A stretch of DNA of 64,000 nt from Octopus sinensis (lineage: Eukaryota). Of the stretch, positions 24,801 to 37,942 are shown piece by piece (the stretch's first letter is position 1; each line of letters opens with the position of its first letter). The stretch is from NCBI RefSeq assembly GCF_006345805.1, contig NC_043011.1, positions 20,596,464 to 20,660,463 of the forward strand. The letters are read 5' to 3'. Made by a program: the position numbers and the translations under genes. The notes under the pieces are model-generated. The model did not search any database and was not told the DNA's origin. It was given only the letters and a program-made list of their open reading frames with translations.

Positions 24801-25062
24801 AATAATAATAATAATAATCCTTTCTACCAAGAGCACATGGCCTGAAATTTGGGGGAGGGGAGTTGTCAATTACATCAACCCCAGTGTTTTACTGGTACTT
24901 AATTTATCAACACCAAGAGAATGAAAAGTAAAGTCAACCTCAACAGAATTTGAACTCAGAATGTAGTGGCAGACAAAATACCACTAAGCATTTCATCCAA
25001 CATGCTAATGATTCTGCCAGCTCACTACCTTGATGATAATAATAATAATAATAATAATAATA

Positions 25063-25106
<44 letters not shown>

Positions 25107-25154
25107 GTAGTAGTAGTAGTAGTAGTAACAATGATGATGATGATGATGATGAAT

Positions 25155-25710
25155 GCCCTGATGCAGTACCAGGCAGTGACTCTCGTGGCTTCTGATCTTA
25201 ACTGACAGGAAGTGTTATCATGTACATTGTTTTGTCTTGGTATAAAAGATGGGCTACAGCAAATATTCTGCTCAATACCACAGATTTGCTTATCAGTTGT
25301 TTGACCGTAACCAGTTGAGCATGTCCCTTAGTGGCTGATGATACGTGCATCTCTGATCATGAGTGGAAGTAGTGGGGGAGCATTATAGCCATGTGTTGAG
25401 AGGAATTCTTTGGGGTTTGCATAATTCATCTCTGGAAACATGGGTGTTTTTTTCAACATCCTTAAACAACCCTTATTCAAGGACCTTTTGAGCAGGATGG
25501 ACTACTCGACTTGAAGAAAATTCTGATTGGACCCCACCTGCAAGGTCATGCACTGTTCATCTTGATATGAGATCATTGTCGCGCACATATGGTTGTGATG
25601 CTGTGCCTGGTGTACCCTTATCAAATGTTTAGTCATGATGGGTATACTGGGCTTCGTATATTTTACCCCAGTGTCACTTTGATGGCATGCACTGCTCTTT
25701 CACTCAATAA
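25155..25710 (+). mobile_element. ~560-bp (AAT)n-tailed dispersed element, full length
   Basis: Starts GCCCTGATGCAGTACCAGGCAG and ends CACTCAATAAT. Copies at 27346, 40641 (-), 15757 (-), ~16840 (-), ~18190. Confidence 0.85.
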
Positions 25711-25719
25711 TGATAACAA

Positions 25720-26010
25720 CCCTCTTAAGTAGAAAATAGCCCAACTATGGAAAATGAAGAAGGTGAACACAGTACCAATTATTGTTGGGTCTTTGAGAAC
25801 AGTATCAGAAGGCATCAAGGGGAATATAAAGGAAATTGGGATAGAATGCCCAGTAGAACTGTTAAAAAAGCTGTGCCTCCTTGGTACAACCAGAATAATC
25901 AGGTAAGTATTAAATAACTGAAATCATAGGCTGCAGGTAGCAAGCCTGCTATCAATGCAAGACTCCAGGAGCTCCAACAAAACCTGTGATAAAGAGATAT
26001 AATAATAAAA
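25720..26010 (+). mobile_element. Second RLE-type non-LTR family, 3' end
   Basis: KIAQLWKMKKVNTVPIIVGSLRTVSEGIKGNIKEIGIECPVELLKKLCLLGTTRIIR, then a short UTR and AAT tail. Confidence 0.8.
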
Positions 26011-26593
26011 TAAGCACCTAGTGCACTCTGTAGTGTAATTTGTGTTAGGAAGGGTATCAAGCCATAGAAACCATGCCAAAGTAGACAATACAACCTGTTG
26101 CTGCTTCCTGGCTTGCCAGCTCCTGCTAAGTCATCTGACCAATGCCAGCATGGAAGACAGATGTTAAATGATGATGATGAGGATGATGATGAATTCTTTC
26201 TACGATAGGCAGAAGGCCTGAAATTTGTGGGAGGGGGCTATTCAATTACATTGACCCCTGTGCTCTCCTGGTACTTATTTTATCAACCTTGAAAGCATGA
26301 AAGGATAAAAGGTTAAGTTGACCTCAGCAGAATTGGAACTCTGAACATAAAGACAAATGAAATGCCACTAAGCATTTCGTCTGGTGTGCTAACAATTCTG
26401 CCAACTTACTATCCTAATTGTCAACCACAGCAGAATTTTAACTGAGAATGCAAAGACAGACAAAATTCTGTTATGCATTTTGTCCAGTGTGTTAATGATT
26501 CTGCCAACTAATAATAATAATCCTCTCTACTATAGGCACAAGGCCTGAAATTTTGGAGGAGGTACTAGTTGTTTGCATTGACTCCAGTGTTCA

Positions 26594-26891
26594 GTGGAGG
26601 CACATAGCCTAGTAGTTAGAGCAGCGGACTCGTGGTTGAGGGCTCGCAGGTTCGAATTTCAGACCGGGTGATGTGTATGTTTATGAGCGAAACACCAAAG
26701 CTCCACGCAGCTCCGGCAGAAGGTAATGGCGAACTTCTGCTGAATCTTTCGCCACAACTTTCTCTCACTCTTTCCTCCTGCATCTTGCAGTTCACCTGCG
26801 ACGGACTGGCACCCTGTCCAGGTGGGGAACCTATACGCCAAGAAACCGGCCCTTATGAGCCAGGCATGGCTCAAGAAGGAACAACCAGCCA
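26594..26891 (+). mobile_element. tRNA-derived SINE, family C, tail type 1, nested in a family E SINE
   Basis: 13-bp TSD ACTCCAGTGTTCA (26581-26593, 26892-26904). Confidence 0.92.
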
Positions 26892-27103
26892 ACTCCAGTG
26901 TTCAACTGGTATTTATTTTATTAACCCCCAAAAGGAGGAAAGGCAAAGTTAACCTCAGAAGAATTTGAGGTCATAAAGATAAACGAAATGCCTCTAAAAA
27001 TTTTGCCCGCCATGCTAATGATTCTGCCAGCTTGTTGCCTTAATAACAATAATAATAATAATAATAATAATAATGATGATAATGATAATAATTGCCCTGA
27101 GAA

Positions 27104-27335
27104 AGGCAGCAAGCTGGCAGAAATGTTAGCACGCCGAGCAAAATGCTTAACGGTATTTCGTTTGCCATTACGTTGTGAGTTCAAATTCTGCCGAAGTCGA
27201 CTTTGCCTTTCATCCTTTCGGGGTCGATAAATTAAGTACCAGTTATGCACTGGGGTCAATATAATCAACTTAATCCGTTTGTCTGTCCTTGTTTGTCCTC
27301 TCTGTGTTTAGCCCCTTGTGGGTAGTAAAGAAATA
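27104..27335 (+). mobile_element. tRNA-derived SINE, family A
   Basis: 17-bp TSD GATAATAATTGCCCTGA (27084-27100, 27336-27352), at the 5' end of the 560-bp element. Confidence 0.92.
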
Positions 27336-27345
27336 GATAATAATT

Positions 27346-27855
27346 GCCCTGATGCAGTACCAGGCAGTGGCTCTCATAGCTTCTCATCTTAACTGATTAG
27401 AAGTATCATTGTGTACATTGTTTTGTCTTGGTATAAAAGATGGGCTACAGCAAATATTCTGCTCAATACCACGGATTTGCTTGTCAGTTGCTTGATCTTC
27501 ACCAGTTGAGTATGTCCCTTAGAAGCTGACAATATGAGCATCTTTGATCATGAGTAGAAATAGTAAGGGAGCATCATAGCCATTTGTTGAAAGGAATTGT
27601 TTAGGGTTTGGATAATTCACCTCAAGAAATTCAGGGACCTTTTGAGATGGGCTACTCGACCTGAAGAAAATTCTAACGGGGCCCCACCTGCAAGGTCATG
27701 AGCATTTTATCTTGGCATGAGATCACTATGTCGCACACATATGGTTGTGATGCATGTGTACCCTTATCAGATGGGTGGTCCTGATGGGCATACTGGGCTT
27801 CATATATTTTACCCCAGTGTCACTTTGATGGCATGCACTGCTCTCTCACTCGATA
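27346..27855 (+). mobile_element. ~560-bp (AAT)n-tailed dispersed element (internal deletion)
   Basis: Collinear with 25155-25710. Confidence 0.85.
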
Positions 27856-28094
27856 ATAATAATAATAATAATAATAACAACAACAATAATAATCCTTTCT
27901 ACTATAGGCACAAGGCCTGAAATTTTGGGGGAGGGGACTAGTTGATTACATTGACCCCAGTGTTTCACAGGTACTTAATTTATCAACCTCAAAAATATGA
28001 AAGGCAAATTGACTTTTGTGGAATTATTAATAATAACAATAATGATAATGAAAATAATAATAATAATGGTAATAATAAAAATAATAATAATGAT

Positions 28095-28318
28095 GAAGAA
28101 GAAGAGAAGAAGAAGAAGAAGAAGAAGAAGAAGAAGAAGAAGAAGAAGAAGAAGAAGAAGAAGAAGAAGAAGAAGAAGAAGAAGAAGAAGAAGAAGAAGA
28201 AGAAGAAGAAGAAGAAGAAGAAGAAGAAGAAGAAGAAGAAGAAGAAGAAGAAGAAGAAGAAGAAGAAGAAGAAGAAGAAGAAGAAGAAGAAGAAGAAGAA
28301 GAAGAAGAAGAAGAAGAA
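28095..28318. repeat. (GAA)n tract, ~74 units, nearly pure
   Basis: Direct reading; source of the poly-K/R/F/L ORFs. Confidence 0.95.
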
Positions 28319-28664
28319 TAGTAATGATAGTTTCAAATTTTGGTACCAAGGTCAGCAAGTTCAGCAGAGGGTGTTAGTCGATTATGTTAACCCCTGTGCC
28401 CAACTAATACTTATTTTATCAATCCCAAAAGGATGAAAGATTTTTTTTGACCCTGAAAGGATGGACACCACCTAATAATGTTTCAATACCTATGATGATT
28501 TATTTTTCAATGATTTCTTTTATTCATTAACAATTAAAAATGATGATGATGATGAGGATGATAATTTTGTTTTTAATTTTTGGCACAAGACCAGTAATTT
28601 TGAGAGAAGAGGCAAGTCAATAATAATAATAATAATGATGATGATGATGTTGATTATGATAATA

Positions 28665-28891
28665 ATTCTATTGTGTCTGGGGAGAGTCATTTTTTTTTGT
28701 GCCTTATAATGTAACACAATCACCAGTAAAAATTCCCACTTATTTCTTATTTTTATTTTCCTAAAATTTTCGGACAGAGTCAAGACTATTGAAAAGGTTG
28801 CCATGACGCAACAAAAATTTTAGGAAAATAAAAATAAGAAATAAGTGGAAATTTTACCAGTGAGTGCCCCCCCCCCCGGACACAACAGAAT
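28665..28891. mobile_element. MITE with terminal and subterminal inverted repeats
   Basis: ATTCTATTGTGTCTGGGG / CCCCGGACACAACAGAAT ends, plus ~45-bp inner inverted arms (CCACTTATTTCTTATTTTTATTTTCCTAAAATTTT). Confidence 0.75.
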
Positions 28892-29383
28892 ATGCTTCAA
28901 CACACGAACTCATATCAAGAATCGTGCAAACCAAACCCCAAAACAAAAAATAATGATAATGATTATGATAATAACAATAACAACAAAATACAACAATAAT
29001 AATAATAAAAATAATGACATCAACAACACCATCTTTTATATTCATGCATCTCAGTTAGTCTTATTACATGTAGCACCTTTTAAAGAAATTCAATCTTATG
29101 TCGTCACATCATGTCATGTTCAGTGCCGCCCCCATAACAAACAGTCCTTTGATGCACAGACAGACACACGCACACACACATATACACACATACACATATA
29201 TGTATGCATGCATACGCTTCATGCACATAGTCAGGTACAGATAATGAATTGTAAATGTATATACAAATACGTGCGTGTGTGTGTGTATAAAAATATATAT
29301 ATATATAAACAGATAGATAAACAGATAGATAGATGTACAAACAGACAGACAGACAGACAAATAGATAGATGTGTGTGTATAGA

Positions 29384-29427
<44 letters not shown>

Positions 29428-29520
29428 TAGATAGATAGATAGTTAAATAGAGACAAATAGACAGATATATATATAGAGAGATAGATAGATAGATAGATAG
29501 ATAGAGATAGACAGACAAAT

Positions 29521-29551
<31 letters not shown>

Positions 29552-29576
29552 TAGATAGATATATAGATAGATAGAT

Positions 29577-29649
<73 letters not shown>

Positions 29650-29878
29650 CAGACAAATAGATAGATATAAATGCACACTTCCCAGGTTACATTATAATAA
29701 GCATTTGTGAGGCATTTTTTTTACCAAAGTGCTCAAGAAATGTTCGTATATATAAATCATGAATTCTTTAGGACGACAATATTAAGAATTTTCAGTGAAC
29801 GAATACAAAGAAGTAGTTTATTTCTGATACGTAATATAAATGAAATATGTAGAATCTTGCTTCGTAGAAACATCTGCG

Positions 29879-29922
<44 letters not shown>

Positions 29923-29967
29923 AGTGTGTGTCTTTGTATTTATACACAAGGTATATATCATATATAT

Positions 29968-30028
<61 letters not shown>

Positions 30029-30191
30029 GTAATAAGAGTAAATAATAGCCTTAATGGTTTCTAAAAAACTAACAATTATTTATGGGTAGATTTTGAGAAA
30101 ATAGAAATAAACAGTCTTTGACTGCTATTTCTAATTTTTCAGTATGTGGTTAAGCAACCTGTTGCCTGCCTCTTTTATTTATATACAAAAA

Positions 30192-30310
30192 TATATATAT
30201 TAAGGAGATAAGAAAATAGAAAGATAGTTGATAATTATTTGTTAATTAAAAATTAGACATAAATAATTATTGATTATCTCTCTATTTTCTTATCTTCTTA
30301 AAATATATAT
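30192..30310. repeat. AT-rich hairpin, ~50-bp arms
   Basis: AAGGAGATAAGAAAATAGAAAGATAGTTGATAATTATTT / AAATAATTATTGATTATCTCTCTATTTTCTTATCTTCTT. Confidence 0.8.
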
Positions 30311-30644
30311 AAATCACAGTTTATCCAGCTACCTTACGGTTGACTATTAATTGTAATATTCAATACCCCTTGTAATAGGTTATAAACCAGTATATTCATT
30401 GGATTTTGTTATCCCTTATTGAAATTTTTGACCTTTAATTAAACTTATATATATATATATATACACATATATATATATACAAATATATATACTATACACA
30501 CACATAAATATACACACAAACAGGCATATACATATGCATATGTATATTTAAAGACATTGAATTATTATTGTACATTTCAATTTAAAAAAAAGGAAAACAT
30601 ACAACTTAAAGCAAAGTAATCAATGTATATATGCAAAGTGTGTG

Positions 30645-30679
<35 letters not shown>

Positions 30680-31216
30680 TATGTATGTATGTATGTATGT
30701 ATGTATGTGTGCGTATGACTCATCCAGAACCAGGTGTGTTTACTATTCAACGTGTATTTAGCTTTAGAAAGGAGAGAAAAATGGTATGACTACTTTTATA
30801 GAATTATTCTTTTAATTTTTAAATACTGTGGCCATGTAGGAAAAAGAAAATCTTGCTTCCCACCAACCACATAGTTTCTGGTTCAGTCCCACTGCATGGC
30901 AGCTTGGGCAGGTGCTTTCTACTGTAGTCTCAGGCTGATCAAAGCCTTCTGACTGGATTTGGTAGATGGAAACTGAAAGAACCCAGTCAATCATCATCAT
31001 CATCGAAATCATCATCATCATCGTTTAACGTCCATTTTCCATGCTAGCATGGGTTGGACAATTTTGACTGAGGGTTGGCAACCAGATGGCTGCACCAGGC
31101 TCCAGTCTTGATCTGGCAGAGTTTCTACAGCTGGATGCCCTTCCTAACACCAACCACTCCGAGTGTAGTGGGTGCTTCTTACGTGCCACCGGCATGGGGG
31201 CCAGTCAGGCGGTACT

Positions 31217-31255
<39 letters not shown>

Positions 31256-31256
<1 letters not shown>

Positions 31257-31527
31257 TATAATTATAAATATAATTATAATTAGGGTTCAGCTAATTGCTT
31301 CACTACATACTGAATTTAGAAATAGGAGTTAAAATTCCTTTTCTACTACTATAAGAATCTCCATGACGTTAAACATAATTTTTTTCTCTTTGCCTTCGTA
31401 AAAAAGTATGTTACCGTCATGGAGATTCTTATAGTAGTAGAAAAGGAATTTTAAACACCTATTTCTAAATTCGGTATGTGGTGAAGCAATTAGTTGAACC
31501 CTAATTATAATTATGTTTATAATTATA
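31256..31527. mobile_element. Fold-back MITE-like element, ~112-bp arms, 46-bp spacer
   Basis: Left arm ends ...ATAAGAATCTCCATGACG (31368); right arm starts CGTCATGGAGATTCTTAT (31415). High identity over the whole arm. Confidence 0.85.
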
Positions 31528-31802
31528 AAATATTTGTATAATTTTACCTATAAAGGTTATTTTAACGTACCGATCTAATTGGTGAAATTATTAATTAATT
31601 GATTGATTAATCAATTAATTCAATTGATAAATTTTACCCTTTTATTATTAAATATATGACGGGACAGATTACAAAGTAGAGCTTTTCTTTTTGGGAGAGA
31701 GAGAAAAAAAACTGGGGTAGGTTTTCGATCAAAAGGGATCGTAAAAAAAAATGGAAAAACAGAAAAAGAAAAAACAGAAAAAACGATCAATAGGGATCGT
31801 AG

Positions 31803-31850
<48 letters not shown>

Positions 31851-33143
31851 CTTTGTGGCTGTGTTTGCATCCACCTTTACTATTTGATAACTGGTATTGA
31901 TGTGTTTAGATCCTCATGACTTAGTGGTTTGGCAAAAGAGACCAACAGGATTTAGAAAAAAATTGAAGCTCTGGGGTCAATTCATTCAATTAAAAATTCT
32001 TCCAGGTGGTGCCCCAGCATGGCCACAGTCTAACGACTGAAACAAATACAACAGTAAAGCTTAAATCTCCCTTGGTTGCTGCTCGGAGCTTCTTTATTTC
32101 TGTTCATCATCTCCCCTCTTTCTCTCTCTCTCTCTCATACACACACATACACATACACACTCATACATACATTTGTGTATGTGTGTACATGTGTGTAGGT
32201 GGTTATGAAAATATATATGTCTATCCATCTATCTATCTATATGTGTGTGTATACATACATGTATACATATACACATATTCACATATGCACAAGAGTCATT
32301 AGGATGTCCTACATACTACTACGTCTAAGATATAAAGAATCCAGTATGTTTGTTGTGTGAAGTATAAATATTCACAGCCTGAGATGTAAGTATTGGTCAC
32401 CAAGAGACATTGAACCTTCCGACTCCCACACACAGACTCACATTCTAATACACGTGCACCTGCACGCAGTGATACACCCACACGCGTGCACACTCACAAA
32501 CAAATTTATAGATGATGCTTCGGTCACAGAAGGAAGAATATTCATTACCTGTACTCAAACACATTTATGGATATCAACTTGGGACATATAAATATATATA
32601 TATGTATGTGTGTGTGCATGTATATCCCTGCCTTCCACCCTCTTTGATTCCCTCTCTCTCTGTCTCTCTTTCTCTCTCTCCTGCGACCTGCTGCTTCTTA
32701 AACCATTCTGTTGGCCTTCGTATCTCGACCAACATGTGTCCCCGCTACCGAAACGGTAATTATTTCTACGCCAGCTATGTTGTTGTTGTTGTTTTTGTCT
32801 CATTTGGTCTAAAGTCGTATGACAACCACCGTTATATATATTTTGTTTATTCATTACTGTTTTCAATTTCGTTTTCGTCTCTTGTATTTACATCCGTCTT
32901 GTGCGTTCACATTCCTGTCTTCTACCAAGAAATCTAATGCTTACAGCTTAGTTTTTTTTTTTTTTTTTTTTCTTGGGGCTGGCCGAGTTGGAGCAAATAT
33001 CAGAATTGAACAGCCGAAATTTGCTATGATGATTCGGTGTCTGACTGAAGATTGAAGGCTTCGAATGATTTGTCTGTGTTCCGTGTTCGTCCCTTCCTGT
33101 ATTTCACGTTCATTATATATAAAAACATTCATTCTTATATATG

Positions 33144-33175
<32 letters not shown>

Positions 33176-33271
33176 TATATATATATATATAACACATGTA
33201 TACATATATTATATATATATATATACACACACACATGTATACATATATATATCATCATCATCATCATCATC

Positions 33272-33550
33272 ATTTAACGTCCGTTCTCCATGCTAGCACA
33301 GGTTGAACGGTTCAACTGGGGTCTGGGAAGCCAGGAGGCTGCACCAGGTTCCAGTCTGATCTGGCAGAGTTTCTACAGCTGGATGCCCTTCCTAACGCCA
33401 ACCACTCCGTAAGTGTAGTGGGTGTTTTTTACCTGCCATAGGCACAGGTGCCAGGGGTGGCTGGCAGCGGCCACGATTGGTTGGTGCTTTTTACATGCCA
33501 CCGGCACAGAAGCCAGTCAAGGCGGCGCTAGCATCGACCACGTTCGGATG
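33272..33550 (-). mobile_element. Repeat family D (RTE-X-like LINE 3' UTR)
   Basis: GGTTGGCGTTAGGAAGGGCATCCAGCTGTAG...GGACGTTAAATGATGATG on the minus strand. Other copies ~12600, 31020, 42945, 49410, 50735, 51255. Confidence 0.8.
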
Positions 33551-34765
33551 GTACTTATATATATAAACAGCTAGGTGCACTATAATACCATAAAGGAAAA
33601 ACTCAATTGACACTAAATGTGACTAAGAGTACTCAGACACCAAGCATTGCTAGAAATATATATGTATACAAGTGTGTGTGTGTATATACACACATATACA
33701 CACCTGTTAGCCTTCATCCAGCTGTCCAATGAATGAATGCTAGCAGGCTAGTAGAACAAAACCTCAAAGTCACTGACACTACAATTCTTGTAAAAGAAAG
33801 CATAGCAAATATCTACTCCCCAATAAACAATGAACAATTTTTCTTTAATTTAATGTCAAATCATTTTTATTATAATTCATCATAGAACCACACATCAATA
33901 TATATACATATATATTATATAAGTGTGTGTATATATATATATATAAATGGAATTAAATGCAGGTGTTATTCAAATTCTTTTACTTCTGACACATGCTTAG
34001 AAGATATCACTGGTATTATCCCAAATAAAATGGTGTAAAACAAGGTAATCTTCTCTTCAGGGAAGTGAAGAAATGAAACTCGTCAATAAGACATTTTAAC
34101 AGAAAATGATGGATATGTATAGTGATTTACTGAACGCTATTAAGATTGTTTAAAAAAAAATGTTATAGGATATAACATGAAAGATAGCCTATATATATAT
34201 ATATATTCTCTCTACTTTCAGCTCAGAGCTGCAGCCATGCTCATGCACCGCCGTTAAATGAGGCTAAGACTTCTGTGGATGTAAAACCATTATCCACTCT
34301 ATGATTTGACATATATATATATTTATGTATGTGTATATGTATATATGTATATGTATATATGTGTCTGTATGTATATATATATATATATATTCCCATATTT
34401 GGAGATTGTCATTTATTTCTTTTCTTTTGCCAAATAACCAAATGCACTATATACACGTTTGTCCCCTTCAGTTTTATAATCATTCTTATTTTAGTGTCCT
34501 TTGTCTGAAGTCCTTCATCGCACACCTTTTTACCTCTTCAGAAAGACAGAGTGATCTAGACAAGAACAGAAGAACACTGGTATGGACGGTCACAGAGAAA
34601 GGGCACTAGACTGGGAATAATTATAAAGCTGAAGTGAAGAACAAGTATACAGTGCGGTTATTTGGTAACATTAAAAATCATGACTATCCCCCAAATATAA
34701 CAATATCTGTTTCAACACACAATTTCACATCAGGAATCATGAAAAAACATAAGCAGATATAATAA

Positions 34766-34810
<45 letters not shown>

Positions 34811-34851
34811 TGTTATTTAGGAATGGTCATTTTGCCAGTTTAGCCAATATG

Positions 34852-34884
<33 letters not shown>

Positions 34885-34895
34885 GTATATATATA

Positions 34896-34937
<42 letters not shown>

Positions 34938-35015
34938 TCATCATCGTTTAACATCCGTTTTCCGTGCTAGCACGGGTTGGACGGAAATGAGGATATATAT
35001 ATATATATATATATA

Positions 35016-35089
<74 letters not shown>

Positions 35090-35100
35090 TATATATATAT

Positions 35101-35131
<31 letters not shown>

Positions 35132-35677
35132 ATATATAAATAAGGATAATATCGATGTTTAAGTATCGATATTATCAAGTGGCCAGCATGGGAATAAATA
35201 CCATACAAAGTTAATAATTATCCAGAAAAATCTTTTTTGCTAGTTTATTTTGTCTCTCTGTCTACTCTCCCAGCGCTATATGAACATTTGATGGGGTTTT
35301 GACTGCTATTTCAGCATGGTAGTATCTCTCAGATACCCTAATTTATAGTTTTATATATATATATACATATTTATATAAACACCTGTGTTGTTTACAAACC
35401 TGTCTTCATCTTTTGATTCTTTGTAAATTCCATCTACATGTGTGTGTGTATGTGTGTGTATGTGTATGTGTGTGTGTGTATGTTTTGTAAACAACTCATG
35501 ATAGATAGATAGAGATAGATAGATACATATAATATACATACATATATGTATAAATATGTGTGTGTGTATATATATATATATACATATATACATATATAGA
35601 CACACACACATATATATCGTTAATGTGTCACATAATTGAAAAAGAACCCTACTCTGAAGCATACAGCAGTAATGTAA

Positions 35678-35850
35678 TAAAGTTATTAAGCATATGTCCG
35701 GTTATAGAGTGACCAATAGTTTCACATCCACAAAAGCCTCAGCATTGCAGACATCTCGTGTCTTCAGCTCTAGAGTCTGACAAGACGTCCACGAGGCTAA
35801 ATGTAAAACCATTGGTCGCCCTATGATTGGACATAAACTTAATACTTTTA
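35678..35850. mobile_element. MITE, ~50-bp TIRs (copy 1)
   Basis: Self-complementary ends; homologous to 40202-40376. Confidence 0.75.
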
Positions 35851-35949
35851 ATATATACACATACGTATATGTATATATGTATGTATATATGTATATATAT
35901 ATATTATATATATATATATGTATATATATAATATATATATATATATATA

Positions 35950-36145
35950 GTCCAAACATGAAAACACAAAGAGAAAAACATAAAGCAAGGATGGGAACAA
36001 GTATATAGTATTATTGGAATGCTCAGGAAAAGAAAGAAAGAAGGAGGATTTAATGTTTCAAGCAGAGCTGTTCGTCAGAAACATACGAAAAAGAAAAATC
36101 CAAGGAAGGGAAGACGGAGGAAAAAATCGCCAATGGCACACATGT
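35950..36145 (-). mobile_element. PLE pseudo-LTR-like repeat, HHR family 3 (copy 2)
   Basis: Homologous to 4722-4905. GTTT-CTGACGA-A-CAG-CTCTG-CTT-GAA-ACAT-T-AAAT at ~36048-36082. Confidence 0.65.
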
Positions 36146-36622
36146 GGTCATATATTTATATATATACACATATATATATATGCGTGAACACACATACACA
36201 TGTGCACACTCACACATACATATACATACAAGCATGTATACGCACATATATTGATTGTTGCTGTTTTTAAAGTCAGTTTCCTTGTTGATTCATATTTATT
36301 GATTCTCTTTTACTTTCATTTTTTCATCAATATTTTGATTTTGCATTCACTTAATTCTGTAGTCATGTTATTGTGTATTTGGTTACAGGTGAGTATGTTT
36401 AATTCAATACAGGTGTCAAATGAAATAAGTAGGGCAAGAGAAGACACATGGGACAGAGAGTCACTGATGAGGTCGCAGAATGTGTAATGAAAGATTGTTG
36501 ACAAACTAAAAATAATATGAAAAACTAGAGTGAAGATCAAATAAATAATGTGCGTGTTTAAATGGTAAAAAAGCAAAACAAAATTACCATCCCCAAGTTT
36601 AACAAGCTATATATATAGAGAG

Positions 36623-36700
<78 letters not shown>

Positions 36701-36898
36701 ATAGATAGACAGACAGATAGATAGATAGATATATAAACACATATATATACGTCCATATCTATATGTATATATACATACATATATATAAACATATATATAT
36801 ACATATATATATATACATCTAATTTATATTATACATATATATATATATATTGATATATGAATATATATATATATATATATATATATACTGAGAGAGAG

Positions 36899-37490
36899 AG
36901 AAAACAGAAAATGGAGAAGTACTGATTAACAGCAATTGACTTGCATCAATTACTATTTATTAATTCAACGCAAATAGACTGCATCCCATCTAACAGCTGT
37001 TTCTGCTTCCAATGTTATATGTTATTGCCATTGATAGTCAAAATATTTTTACATATTTTTATATATTTTGAATATCAATAGGAATACCATATAACACTGG
37101 AAGCAGAAACAGCTGTTAGATGGGACGCAGTCTATTTCCATTGAATTAATAAATGATAATTGATGTAAATCAATTGTTGTTAATCAGTGCTTCTCCATTT
37201 TCTGTTTTCTTTAAATTGTGATTCTTGATAAACCCATGTTTATCCTTGTCTTTACCTATGACTTATGACCATAATATGTTTGCATATGTATGTCCAAGGT
37301 TAAATATAGGTAATATACCTATAGTATAATGGATACTTCTATCCCTTAAACGGTTATTTTAACCTCTAACTAAACTAATCAATATATATATATATATATA
37401 TATACATTTATATATGAAGATATATATGTTCATGAGTGTGTATGTAATGAATGTGTCTATTCTTTTTACTATTTGAAGCAGTTGTAATTG

Positions 37491-37527
<37 letters not shown>

Positions 37528-37929
37528 ACCTTGGACATACATATGCAAACATATTATGGTCATAAGTTATAGGTAAAGACAAGGATAAACATGGGTTTAT
37601 CAAGAATCACAATTTAAAGAAAACAGAAAATGGAGAAGTACTGATTAACAACAATTGATTTACATCAATTATTATTTATTAATTCAATGCAAATAGACTG
37701 CATCCCATCTAACAGCTGTTTCTGCTTCCAGTGTTATATGGTATTCCTAATGATATTCAAAATATGTAAAAATATGTAAAAATATTTTGAATATCAATGG
37801 AAATAACATATAACATTGGAAGCAGAAACAGCTGTTAGATGGGATGTAGTCTATATCCATAAAATAAATAAATAATAATTGATGCAAGTCAATTGCTGTT
37901 AATCAGTACTTCTCCATTTTCTGTTTTCT
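36899..37929. repeat. 1.03-kb nested palindrome (A-A'-B-spacer-B'-A-A')
   Basis: Hairpins at 36899-37210 and 37618-37929, B arms at 37211-37310 and 37518-37617; the whole block is self-complementary. Confidence 0.92.
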
Positions 37930-37942
37930 TTATATATATATA

